Shown here: piece after piece, positions 52,320 to 64,000 of the stretch
How the letters are laid out: each line of letters begins with the position of its first letter
Position numbering within the stretch: position 1 is the first letter of the stretch
Assembly: GCF_963921235.1 (NCBI RefSeq)
Contig: NC_086109.1
Coordinates: 22,322,001-22,386,000, forward strand
Length of the DNA stretch: 64,000 nucleotides
Direction of reading: 5' to 3'
DNA from: Mobula hypostoma
Lineage: Eukaryota
The notes under the pieces: generated by a model
Databases searched by the model: none
Seen by the model: only the letters and a program-made list of their open reading frames with translations
What the model was told of the DNA's origin: nothing
Position numbers and translations under genes: made by a program

Positions 52320-52800
52320 GAGTACAAAGAACATTTACAATGATGCTGCCGAGTCTGGAGGACCTGAGCTATAAGAAAAGACTCAATAGGTTAGGACTTT
52401 ATTCCTTGAAACATAGAAGATGAGGGGAGATTTGACAGAAGTATACTAAATTATGAGGGGTACAGACAGGGTAAATGGAAGCAGACTTTTCCACTAAAGT
52501 TGGGTGGGATCACAACCAGAGGTCAAGGGCTAAGGGTGAAGAGTGAAAAGTTTAAAAGGAACATGAAGGAAAATTTCTTCATTCAGAGGATCATGAGAGT
52601 GTGGTACGAGCTACCAGTACAAGTAATGCAAGTGAGGTTGATTTCAACATTCCTAAACGTTTGGATAGGTACATGGATGGCAGGGATTTGGAGGGTTATG
52701 GTGCCAGTATAGGTTTATGGGTGTAAACAGTTTAATAGTTCAGCATGGACTAGATGGCCTGAAACGCCTGCTTCTGTGCTGTATTTTTGTATGACCCTAT
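52320..52800 (+). mobile_element. CR1 3' fragment
   Basis: FTMMLPSLEDLSY..TRGQGLRVKSEKFKRNMKENFFIQR; tail CTGTATTTTTGTATGACCCTATG. Confidence 0.8.
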
Positions 52801-55800
52801 GCTTCACAGTGATAACAAGACAAAAGCAAGCAACAAGTTGAAGGATTTTTATGGTGGGTGAGCAGAAGGGTAAAGAGACAAGATTGAAGTAGCACATTAA
52901 CTCATGGAAGAAAATTCCAGGAAGAGGAAATTAGATGAAGGCATGGTCTTTGATGATGAGGTCATAGGAATTAGAGATATCCTAGAGATTTGTAGCCTTA
53001 TACAGGATTGCGCAAGGCCACATTAAATTCAAGGCTAGGATTCTTCAATGAGTCATGAGAAACAGGAACAGGCTATTCAACAGCAAATTTACTAGTATTC
53101 ACTGTGTTTTATAAACAATTCCATGTTTTTATCATTCTTGCATGAAGTATTTCTTAACTTCTCTCTTAACTTTATGTTCCTTCTCCTACATACTCCATCA
53201 GCAGAAAGAGGTTTCTATCTATCTAGCCTATCAATGGACTTGAGCAGAATTATCTGGGCGGCAACAAATGTATTGGGTGTATCATCTAAGCAAGCCCATG
53301 ACAGGCATCCATCTGATACCCATTTACAGAATAAAAATGCATCAGAATGTACACAAAGACATACAAATCAAGGTGATAAATTTACAATCTTGTATTCGTA
53401 TAGTGCAACACCCCAAAGCACTTTGCAACTAATGGAGTATTTTTAAATACATTTAATATTGTAGACAGGCAATTTAAGCAGAGCAACTAAATCATTAGTT
53501 TTAGGTGAAGTCTTGACTTGGACACAATGAAGAATTCTGCTCTTGAAATAATGGACTGTATGCTTATACGCAGAGATAAATAAGGATTCGGTATACCATC
53601 TCCTTTGGAAAGCATCTGACACAGTCATGTTCCATTTTTATTGCAATTAACTACTACACACCCCCCTCTCTGCCCACAGAGGATTTGAAATACGGTTTAA
53701 ACTTTATGGCTTGGATGCAAAAGTGTTCTTCATTCAGTTGTGGCAATGAATTTCTGCAGCCCTTTACCAATGACTCCACAGCTAATCCATGAAATCTCAT
53801 CAAGGCCTTCAGCAGGTACTACAGGTAGACATTCACCACCATATTTGGGTACCTAAGTGTGAAATTAATTCAGTTTTCGAAATTGTCCTACAAACACGAC
53901 AATTCAATCAGATTAAGAAATTTTTTTCTTGGGATAAACATCACTGTTGGAATGTATAACTTGGAAAATAACGTGATGTCCCACAAGGAACGTGTTGATA
54001 ATGTCCAATTATGTAGATAGGTGTTTGGCAAAGGTATCTGTTCGTCCAGCACTAAGAAAACCCCCTTGCTCTTTAAAATGGTGATGATTGCATTTGGGCT
54101 TTGAAGTTGGACAGCCTACCCTCTTGTTGTGCCTCTCCATTTTATTCAGCTATATCATGTCATTCCTCAGCCTCTTTCACTCTATAAAAGAAAGACCTAG
54201 CTCAACAAATCTCTCCTGATAACACAAGACCTCCAATCCAGGAAATATCCTTGTGAATCTCTTCTGCACCTGCTCTATCTCCATTACATCCTTTTAAAAA
54301 TAAATTTATTATAATTCTGAAAGCCTAAATGCCAAATATAAAACCACAGTTGAAAAATTTTTAGCAATTTTGATTTGTCTGACTTCTGAAACTGGAGCAC
54401 AAAATCTAGGCTAATTTGCACTATGCAGCTGCAGTAAGGGATTGTTGCAACGCCAAAGGTGTCAGCTTTCAGGCGAGACAATGACGTGCACTTACACAGC
54501 AGGTCTACCTCAAAGAATGTCCAACAACAGCTCACAGGTGCATTAGCAAAAAAAAACTGCAATCAGAGGAGATAATCACCAAAGACCCAGCCTTGGAGAA
54601 TGAAGCAGTTATATAGAAATGCAAAACCTTCTACCTGTACAGCTGAAAGACCAGCCATTAATATTGAAAAAAATGGAAGTTTTAATGTACAAGAGGCCAG
54701 TATTGGTAAACTGAGAGAGCCTGGAGAATAGCAGAATTGGATGCTACACTGATATAGAAAGGAAAGACAAGAAAACAGGAAATTGGTCATTATAACACTC
54801 AACACCTAACTGATTCCAGAACTATATACTTACTTTCAAAGACTCTACAACTCATGTCCTCAGTTTTATTAATTCTGATCAGTTTTTCTGTATTTGCAGA
54901 GTTTGGCTTCTTTTGCATATTGATTGTTTGTCAGTCTGTGTTTGAGTGTAGTTTTCAATGATCACTACACTTTTTGTTTGACTGTAAATGCCTGCAAGAA
55001 AATAAATCTTACGATAGCCTATTGTGATATTTGTGTTTTGATAAGAAATTTACTTTGAACTTGAACTTTCAACTTTTTTTAAAAAAAACAAGGAGCCTAC
55101 AAACTTCTGCTAATAGGATAGCAAACACCATAGTGTTAGTTAACAGAGCTTGATGCTAGAAATGGCCAGTAAATTCACATCAAGGCTCAAGATGTGGGTG
55201 AGGGTATGAGACAGTTAAATTCAAAGCTGAGTGATTTAATGGATATGCAACTTGGCTGTCTTGCTCATGCAGCAGATTCAGTTGGACGTCAAATGCAGGT
55301 TCCATTTGGCTTCACAAGTGAGTATTAAAGATTCCAAAATGTAAATTACAGAACAGGGCTGTTTTCCCTGGTAATCATGCTGGAAGCAAACATACAAGTT
55401 GTAAAGAAATTACCTGGGCTCCAAACAGAATCTTTACAGCTTTGTTCCCGCCCCCCCCCAAAAAAACAGGTAAACACTGGAAATACTTGACAGGTCAAAC
55501 AACATCCAGGAGAAAGAGTTAATCCATCAGGTTGATATCCTTTCCTAAAAATGACTTGATGTTTATTCTAAAAGTGTCTTAAGTATGTGGGATATTCTGC
55601 CATGGGGGATGTTACTTGGCTAGACTGAAATGCCCCAGAAAGACATTTTAAAACCAATGACCGCTAACAGTCAGCAACTGCTTTTCCAGTTAAAGGATCA
55701 TTGCAGGCTGAAGGCACTTGGCTAAACTGAATAAGATGGCAGATTTATTTTAAGTAAATTTATAAGCCCATAAATTACAAGATATACTTAATCCAGCATT

Positions 55801-57289
55801 TTTCACCTTGTACTCTCTTGCTAGCCTACTTCCCAGCCCCTTAACATTAAAAATAATTAACAGTACATCTGATAAATAATGAAAATACCAAGACCATACT
55901 TCTAATCTAACCCTCTTTATCCCCTTTACCAAAATAAACAGTAACTACATCTCAAAAGTTACAGAACATCCCAAGCACATGATGCACCATTATGCCTCTT
56001 CAAATCCAGTAAATAAATCAAATCTAACTGAGCTGCAGGTACAAGCAACAGAGGACATTGTTGTGTACTGAGTTAGGACAGATGGAATTGTCTACCAGCA
56101 AAATAGCATTACTATTAGAAACACCCATGTTCACTCTCAGCAGCATGTCCCATTTCACACCAACTATCCCTATCATTCAGTTTGGATGTTAATCCAGAGC
56201 CTTCTCTATTCCCCTGACTAAAAGTGAAAAAAACACCATCACCATTTTGAAGAGCAAGGGAGTTTTCCCAGTATACTGGACTAACAGATACCCCTCCTCA
56301 AATATCTAAATACATAATTGGTGATTATCAAATCATTCCTTGTGGGACTGCTTTATTTTCCCAATTACAGATACTTTACTTTGGTGATTCTACACTTTTG
56401 GATGCTCAACTGCGAAAATCAACATTTGAATGAGATTTCTTTTTTCTCCATAACTGATCTTCAGTCAATAAAACTACAACCCAAAGAGGACATTGCAAAT
56501 CATAGCCAATGCTCATTTTTTTTAACAGATCTATCACACTTCACAGTGAAAAGTTTATTCCCAAGACACCAAAATCTCATAGCAAATTACAGTTTCAACC
56601 CTACAAATTTAAAAGCTAATCCAGTTACAACCACCTGCAAGATGCACAGCCTAATCCTGTTTTGAAAATTTTGTAAACTTCAAGTGTATTTCCATGAACC
56701 AGTTTAGCAAAGATCAAAATTTCATTTTGTAGTTGCAGCAAAATAATTTATCATAAACGACACAATTTTACAAAAGAAATTGAATAATAGTCTGAACCAT
56801 ATTTGTCACTAAAAGACATGCCCCAAAACTGGATGACCAACGCTAACAAACTGAGTTTAATACAGGACAGACTCTCCAATACAATGCAACTAAGGAAACA
56901 ACTTCAGTTGATGTTGTGCTTTGAATTTCTCAAAGCGCATTGTCGCTGATGAATTTATCTCCCCGTGTCGGTATGAAGGCGAACATGACAGTCAATTTAA
57001 CATACCAAGATGACACAACCAACACAAGCAAATGATCAAATTTTAGCTCTGAGTGTCGTAGTTTGGCTCAGAAAACTTTATCCCCAATCTTAAGATTCGG
57101 TATGAAAAAAAAACACCCCAAATCCCCAGTCTTACTCATCAGCAGCAGCTCAGTTTTCAGATGCTTGCGAGCTCAAGACCCACTACTGAAACACGAGCAT
57201 GTAATCGGTTGAAGGATACTGCACTACGGGGAGGTCCCGTTTAGAAAGTGGGACACCCGAATGTTTGCACAGACCCCACCGAGGGCTTT

Positions 57290-57965
57290 AAATTTTCCGC
57301 GTGGCTTCAGCAGTTCCATCTAACACATGAAGACCCTCGTACCTTTGTGCGGAGGCCCGCCGTCGCTATTCTCTTTACGCGGCCGGTGCTTCTTCTCCTT
57401 GTCCCGGTGTAGGTGCTTATCTTTCGGGTTCCTCGTCTTGGGGAGGGAGGTGGCGCCGGCCGCGAGGGCGGGGGCTGGGCGCGGGCAGGGGGTAGGCCCG
57501 GCGGCAGGGATAGAGCCGAGGCCGGGGCCAGATCCCGTCGGTGGCGGCGGACACACCGAGTACACGGCGGCAGGTAGACCACCGCTGACATGAGCGGGGG
57601 GCGGGTAACGGAGCGAAGGGGCCGAGGTCGCGGGTCCACGCATAAGGCCGTGATGGTGAGTCTTACGGCGCTTGGCGGCTGTGTGTGGGCCGGAGCCCGG
57701 ACCCGGGTCGGGTCTGAGCCCGGCGGACTCCCGATCCCGCGACTCCTTGTTCGGCGCCTTCAGGCGGATCAGGCCGAGCTGCGCCATCGCAAACCGGCAG
57801 TGACGTCCCGAGCTGCCGGAAGGGCCCGACGGAAAGAGTGGCGCGTGCACCGCAGCACGGTTCCCGGAAGCGGGGCAAGTCAGTGGTAGTGGCGTCATAG
57901 GATCGGCCGGCCTTCCCCGCAGCGTGGAACCAGCAACCCAATGTCGATGAGGTACGGTCAGTCAA
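57290..57965. promoter_or_regulatory. CpG island / RSBN1 promoter and first exon
   Basis: The only CpG-dense, GC-rich block in the window. It has a CRE-like TGACGTC (57801-57807), ETS-type CCGGAAG at 57816-57822 and 57864-57870 (the latter overlapping the palindrome TTCCCGGAA at 57861-57869), and no evident TATA box. Confidence 0.85.
57343..57787 (-). CDS. RSBN1: RSBN1 coding exon 1 (Pro/Gly/His/Lys-rich N-terminus)
   Basis: ATG at 57787 in strong Kozak context (GCG ATG G) gives MAQLGLIRLKAP...KHLHRDKEKKHRPRKENSDGGPPHK, resembling the MAAQVGAVRV...KHKDKQENG region of vertebrate RSBN1 as I recall it. It ends AAAG|GTACGA (donor). 445 nt leaves phase 1, which matches exon 2. It lies in the CpG island. 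Confidence 0.85.
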
Positions 57966-58544
57966 GGTCCTCCCTGTGGGTATTTACTTAGTTCAATTAA
58001 ACTTTCACCAGAATAGTTGGTTTGAGTGGGCCGTTCTAGCTCAACCTGTTTGTACCAAGAATGAAATCATGTTGCAGTGTATTCTCAATCAAGAGTGACT
58101 TGCAAAGTGCTGGAGGAATTCAGCAGGTCAAGCAGCGGCTGTGGAGGGATGGGGTGAGTTAGGTAGAGATAGTTCTTCGGTCCAGTTAAGTTGTTTCAGG
58201 TTCAAATCTACAGCATATTGTTCTCCCTAAATTGGGGGGGGGCTTTTTGTTTTAACACAGTTAACGAGAAACTTCGATCCCCATGTCACACATCTCCCCA
58301 TCCAGAACTAAAAAATAGAGACTCCGATAATCCGGCACCCCGAGTTTTGGGCGTGGATTGTCTCGAGTTTTTTTTCTCTCCGAGGTTACTCCAGCACACT
58401 TTTAATTAACTTATTTTTGGATGCTGGGCAGTGTTTTAGTGTTCCAGTGAACAAGCTAAATTTAAAACGATCATAGTAGGTTATAGGGTTTAAAGAGGAC
58501 AGGGCTGAGGAGCGTTTAAGGGGAACATGGGGATATAGGACAAA

Positions 58545-59240
58545 AACTCGAGAAAATCTGCAGATTCTGGAAATCCAAAGGAGAACACACAAAATGCTGA
58601 AGGAACCAGCAGGCCAAGTGGTTTCTCTGGAAATAAACAGTTGACATTTTAAGCTGAAACACTTCATCAGGAGTGTTGAAGAAGTGGGAAGATGCTAGAA
58701 TAAAAAAGTTGGGGGGAGGGGAAGGAGGTGATAGGTGAAGGCAGGTTGGCATGAGAATTAAAGGTCTGGAGAGGAAAGTGGACCGTAGGAGAAAGGGAAG
58801 AAAGAGGGGCATCAGGGGGAGGTGATAGGCAACTGAGAAGAGGTGGGAAGCCAGAGTGGGTAAAAGAAGAGGGGATGGGGGAGGATTTTTTTTTTACCTG
58901 AAGGAGAAATTGATACTCATGCCATCAGGGTGGAGGCTACCCAGACAGAATATAAGGTGTTGCTCCTCAACATGTCACAAGAGGAGGCCAGGGACTGGCA
59001 TGTCAGAACAGGAATAAGAATTGGAATTAAGATGTTTGACCACCAGGAAGTTCTGCTTTTGGCAGATGGAGCAGAGGTGCTTGACGAGGTGGTCCCCTGA
59101 TTTATGATGGGTCTCACCAATGCAGAAGAGGCCGCAGCGGGAGCACCACCCAGCAGATTTGTGGGTGAAGTGTTGCCGCACCTGGAGGGACTGTTTAGGG
59201 CCCTGAGTGGAAGTGAGGGAGGGGGTGAATAGGCAGGGAA
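58545..59240 (-). mobile_element. Penelope 3' fragment (GIY-YIG + terminal repeat with degenerate hammerhead at 58638-58675)
   Basis: RQHFT..CSRCGLFCIGETHHK..DHLVKHL; minus strand CUC-CUGAUGA-AGUGUUUCAGCUU-AAAA-UGUC-AACUG. Confidence 0.85.
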
Positions 59241-59599
59241 CAGGATCCTGTGAGCTGTCTGAGGCAAAGATTCCTGAAGATCTTCATTAAACACTGCAAG
59301 CACGTTTTCAAATTGACGTGCTTTAATGATTATGGATTATTAATCAATCTGATGTTGGATTATCAGAGCCATTCTCTGTAATGATGTACCACCATCAGTT
59401 TGCTGTAATTTCTGGAACTCCCATCTGACAAGTCTGCTGAGTGCCTTCACCACAAAGTCTAGAAGCGTTCATGAAAGTGGCTCACCATCTTCTCAAGGAC
59501 CATTTGGAATGGAGAATAAATGCTGGCTTTGTCAGCAATATCCTTCTAACTAGCACAGCTGGAATAAGCAGGTTAACTGTTAGACCATGTGTTTTACCT

Positions 59600-60660
59600 C
59601 AGTCATTGGGAAATTATTAAAGAAAATTCTGAGGCAGGGTTTCCCAACCTTTTTAATGCTGTGGACCCCAGGTTGGAAAGCCCTGTTCTAAGGGATAGAA
59701 TTTATGAACATTTTGAAAGTCAGGGATGGATTAGGGTATTGCTAGGATTGCCTTGCTCATCACACGAGTGAATTTTTTGAGGAGCTAATTAAGAGGTTTG
59801 ATGCTTGCAGGGTAGTAGAAGATGCCTATATGGACTTACTAAAGTCATTTGCCATGACCACCCAGCACATTAGGCTGATCCAGAAGATTAAGATATACAC
59901 GTCCAAGGCAAGGTGGCTAATTGGATCCAAAATTGGCTAAGTGAGAGGAGGCAGAAGGTCGTGGTTGAAGGAAGCTTTTCTAATTGTGGGTCAGTGGTGT
60001 CCCACATGAATCTGTGCTGGGACCTTTGTTTTTTGTGGTATATATTAACAAACTGGATGTGGATGTAGGAGGTATGTTTAGCGTATTTGTGGATGGCATG
60101 AGAATTCGAGATGTGTTGGATAGTGAAGAGGGTCCATAAGGCAGAATATAGATCAGTTCAAAAGCTGGGCAGAGTGTTGGCAGATAGACTTTAATCCTGA
60201 AAAGCATGAGGCAATACAGTTTGAAGAGTCAAACAGGGGTAGGATATATACAATAAGTGGTCGGGAACTAGAGAATGTTGATGAACAGAGAATCTCGGAG
60301 TCCAAGTCCATAGTTTCCTGAAAGTAACAAAGGAAGACAAGGTGATGGAGAATTATATGGGATGTTTACCATAGTCATACAGTATGTCAGTGATATTAAA
60401 CCCGATTCTCATTCTGACCAACAGTTGGGACATAATGTTGCCACTTTACAAAACACCATTTAGGCTACACTATTGTGTGCAGTTCTGTTCCCACACTAAA
60501 AAGGATGTGATTGCACTGGAAACAGTGCAGAGTAGATGTGTTACATTACAAGAGGCATGGATAGGATAGATAGTTAATATCTTTTCCATGTCTAGGGGTA
60601 TCAAAAACAAGAGGACATAGATCTAAGAGTATGGATATGATGGGTAGAAGGGTTTTTTCT
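59600..60660 (+). mobile_element. CR1 RT remnant
   Basis: VVEDAYMDL, SVLGPLFFVVYINKLD, FVDG, HYCVQFCSH remnants. Confidence 0.8.
59635..59685. mobile_element. 51-bp hAT MITE
   Basis: CAGGGTTTCCCAACCT...AGGTTGGAAAGCCCTG flanked by TTCTGAGG / TTCTAAGG. Confidence 0.8.
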
Positions 60661-61269
60661 AGTACATAGTAAGTACTATGACTCTCAGCAAATGTAATGC
60701 CTTCTTTACATAGTAGTCTGCTGGATGTAGGGATTGTGAATTCCAAAATAAAAACAGAAAGCCACGCGACTCGTTGGTGTTTTCTTTGAACTGGTTCGAT
60801 GGATTTGTTTGTTTCGTGGCTGTCAGTGGGGAAGACAAATCTCAGGATTATATACTGCGTACATACTTCTGATAATAAATACACTTTGACTCTTTGAAAG
60901 TACTTAAAATACTCCATAAGTCAGTATCTGTCACAAGTGAAATAGGACTACTAACAATGCTTGTTCATATGGGTAATATGGTTCGAATCGGACCATTGGT
61001 GCCACCTATGTGGAGTGTTTTCATTCTTCCCCATGACAACAAAGGTTTTGCTGGGTGAGCCAGTTTTTTTTTGCCACATCCCAAAATGTGCTGGCAGTTG
61101 GTTGATTGGTAAATGATTCCGAGTGAAAGTGAATGGTGGGAGAATCCGGGTGTTAATGGGCACTATGAAAGACTAGAGCACAGGGAAATGAAGGTGTGAC
61201 TGTGATTCCTGGGATTGTTAGAGATCAGACATAGCGTCAGTGGGTTAAATGACATTCTCATGGTACTGT

Positions 61270-62700
61270 ACAGCATGCACATAGGCCAATCAGCCCAATT
61301 TGTTCATGTTGACTAGTGGGCACCTTTCTATATTAATTTCATAACCCAGCACTTCTCTGACCCTCAATGCGTAAGCAATTCAAGTGCTCACCTAGACTCT
61401 TCTTAAATGCCATCAATAAGTCAGCTTCAAGCACACTCTCAGGCATTGCATTTCACTCTCTGGATGAAGAAGGTCCTCCCATATCCCCTTTAAGTCTCTT
61501 CTCCCCTACCCTAAACCAAGCTTCTATATGCCATGGATCCCTAACATTAACTGAGGGATCCATGGACCCCAGGTGGGAACCCCTGCCCTAAACCTGTGTC
61601 CTCGAGTTTTATTGCCTCTGATGTGAAGGTTACCTGAATCCTATCCTATCCCTACCCCTCATGATTTTATATTCCTCACTAATGACTATTCCTCCGGTCC
61701 AAGGAGAACAGATCCATTCCCCAGTCTCTGCTCATAACTGAACTATTCCATCCCAGGCAGCTTCCAAGTGAATCTGTCCTGCATCCTCTCCAGTGCAAGT
61801 ACATCCCAGCACCTTGGTGACTAGAACTGTACTGAGTATTCCAGCTGGGGCTTGACCAAGGTTTTAGAAAGTTGGAGCATAACCTCCTTACTTCTCTTTG
61901 TAATTTCCTGGTTAATGAAGGGCATTATCTTATATCCCTTCCTAACTATATTATCTGCCTGTGTTGCAACCTTCAAGAATCCATGAACTTGTTTTTCAGG
62001 ATCCTTCTGTCCCTCAATATTTGCTAAAACCCTACCATTTGTGGTGTATGTCCTTGTCTCATCAAAAATGCATCAGCTCACATTTAAACTGCTTCTGTCA
62101 TTTTCTAGTCCATTTCACCCACGCATCAAGGCTATAACCACCTTCCACACCATCAATAACTGCAATCTTTGTGTTATTCTTTTTCTTACCTGTTTTGCCT
62201 CCCACATCCACAAGCAAGTCATTCAAACATATTACAAGGAGCTAGAGTCCCAGTATATATCCTTTTGAGGTCCCAATAATCACAGCCATCCGACTGCAGA
62301 AACAATTCTCTACCATCACCCTTTGCCTCCTATTGCCTAGCCAGTTTTGGGTCCAGTTCGCCAACATGGATCCCATGAGCCCCTAACTTGCTGAACTGGT
62401 CTCCCATGCAGAACCTTGTCTTCGTAAAACACCTCTTTTGCCCTGCCCTCGTCAACGCGTGGTGAGTCAGAGAGGATCTGCCGATAACAAAGTCATATTG
62501 GCTGCCTCTGATTAGTCCCTGACTTCCCAACTGATCATTAATTATATCCCTCAGATTTTTTTTTCCGTTAATATTTTTTTTATCAGTGGTGTTAGGCTAA
62601 CAGGTCTAAAGTTACTAATTATTTCCCTGCTATCTTTCTTGAAAAATGAAACCACATTTGCTGTCCTCTAGTCAGCTGGTACCTCACCAATGCCCGGTGA
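61270..62700 (-). mobile_element. CR1 RT/3' remnant
   Basis: GLIRGSQYDFVIGRSSLT..SKLGAHGIH..; CR1 3' UTR at the low-coordinate end. Confidence 0.75.
61517..61585. mobile_element. 69-bp hAT MITE (left TIR eroded)
   Basis: Ends AGGTGGGAACCCCTG; perfect 8-bp TSD CCCTAAAC at 61509-61516 and 61586-61593. Confidence 0.78.
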
Positions 62701-62867
62701 AGATTCCTTTCTCATACGAGAAATATTCCTAGAGGGATCGGCCTAGGATATCTTACCATCAATTATCTTTTTCCAAATGTCAATCATTCAACATATACAT
62801 TCTTGTATGTGACTGTCTTCTCAGAGCCAACTAGGTGGTTAAAAAAAATCATCTCTTTACTTTATTG

Positions 62868-62937
62868 CTGGGGTTCCCAACCTCTTTTAAGCCACAGAGC
62901 CTCATCATTAACCGAGGGGTCCGGTTGGGAACCCCTG
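62868..62937. mobile_element. 70-bp hAT MITE
   Basis: CTGGGGTTCCCAACC...GGTTGGGAACCCCTG flanked by CTTTATTG / CCTTATTG. Confidence 0.8.
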
Positions 62938-64000
62938 CCTTATTGTCATGCTTTCTGGTACCTCAATATAGCAAAACTTTCAAAGGCAATAATATAAAAA
63001 ACTTTTTAAAACTATTTCTATGATTGACTGCTATCAGTTGCTTACAATAGTTCTGGTGATTAAATATTACAACAGCATAATACAACAGTTCCAGTAATTA
63101 AATATTAATTCAACAGCTAATGAATAATTGCCAATAATGTACCATTAAAATGGAAATTAACTTTTTTTTTATACCCAGGCTTTAAAGAATAATTATAAAA
63201 GCAAACTTTCCACAAGCTGCCTTTGATGTTGGTTTCTAAAAACAAATACATTGGGAATGGTCGGAGATGCTAAATGGTGAATACCTATAGTGATACTGTG
63301 CAGTAGGTTATAAAGACTTGTGTGGCGTTGATCAATGAAGCTGAAGTAAAGCAATACATCAGTTTGCTGGGTAGCTATATTGTTTCCATCCTCCACTATA
63401 TCCTGGTGAGATAGGAGTACTGAGTTGAGTAGTTGCGGGAGACACAGGCAGCTCGTGATTGCCTTGTATGAGGCTGTTGGAGAACATGAACTGAGACGAT
63501 CAAAGCAGCAGGTAATATCCGTGGCTCGGGCTCACAGACTCTTCTGTCTCAAAGGGCATCTAATTTTTCTTTCCTTATTGAATTTGGCTTGTTCACTGTC
63601 AGAATCAGAATTGAGTGTATTATCACGGACGTCCTTTATGTTGTGAATTTTGTTGTTTTATCACTTTGCTTTCATAGAGACACTCGGTCTCCCTCTCAAT
63701 GCCATAACTTAATTTCCCCACCACACACTCACCATCCAATCCTTTACCTCTCACTGCTCCTGTGTCTTAAGCTAACCTTTAATACTACACAGTTAAGTTT
63801 TCAATCTTTCTGCTCTGTCACTGATACTTTAAAGTTCACTCATACAATTACAGTAAAGCTTCTGGCAACATGGCTTAGCCCAATTTACATGTCAAATCGT
63901 GTTTTTCCTCATCCCTGTGGCAAGCTATTGCTCAGATTTCAGTCAACTTTGAGAGTCTTGTCCAAAGCAGAACAATTTTCCATATGTTCGCTTGATAAAG

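Noticed and set aside
54490..54560. Possible micro-exon in intron 1 (GTAAGT donor, U-tract)
   Set aside because: The U-tract lies upstream of the putative branch point rather than next to the AG, so there is no convincing acceptor.
57307..57965. Overlapping alternative ORFs on both strands
   Set aside because: Stop-poor frames are expected in GC-rich DNA; only one frame splices in phase to exon 2.
1..64000. Prokaryotic systems (operons, CRISPR arrays, retrons, defence islands)
   Set aside because: The DNA is intron-rich vertebrate sequence. There are no regularly spaced direct repeats, and the RT motifs belong to CR1, Rex1 and Penelope elements.

Overview
This is eukaryotic (vertebrate) genomic DNA, not a prokaryotic window. 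It is AT-rich, full of retroelements, and has spliceosomal GT-AG introns. The repeat mix (CR1 LINEs, Rex1/Babar LINEs, V-SINEs, Penelope elements, Tc1 and hAT DNA transposons) suggests a cartilaginous fish, probably a ray; this is inference. The one host gene I can support is RSBN1 on the minus strand. Exon 1 CDS is 57787-57343 in a CpG island, exon 2 is 44048-43378 and exon 3 is 5349-5212. Exon 3 is missed by the ORF track. Splice phases match at both junctions, and the remaining exons were not found and probably lie left of base 1. Intron 1 (13.3 kb) and intron 2 (38 kb) are mostly decayed, often nested transposons. The main second-look items are: (1) minimal hammerhead-ribozyme motifs in the Penelope terminal repeats, two of them in tandem and in sense to the RSBN1 pre-mRNA; (2) a three-level CR1 > palindromic Penelope derivative > Penelope nest with a 14-bp target-site duplication (TSD); (3) four 51-70 bp hAT MITEs with 8-bp TSDs; (4) two Tc1 elements each disrupted by a LINE insertion; (5) a possible spliced divergent transcript from the RSBN1 promoter. 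Most long ORFs in the track are transposon remnants or chance frames. The hammerhead/Penelope association is a known class, so I cannot claim a wholly new system from sequence alone.
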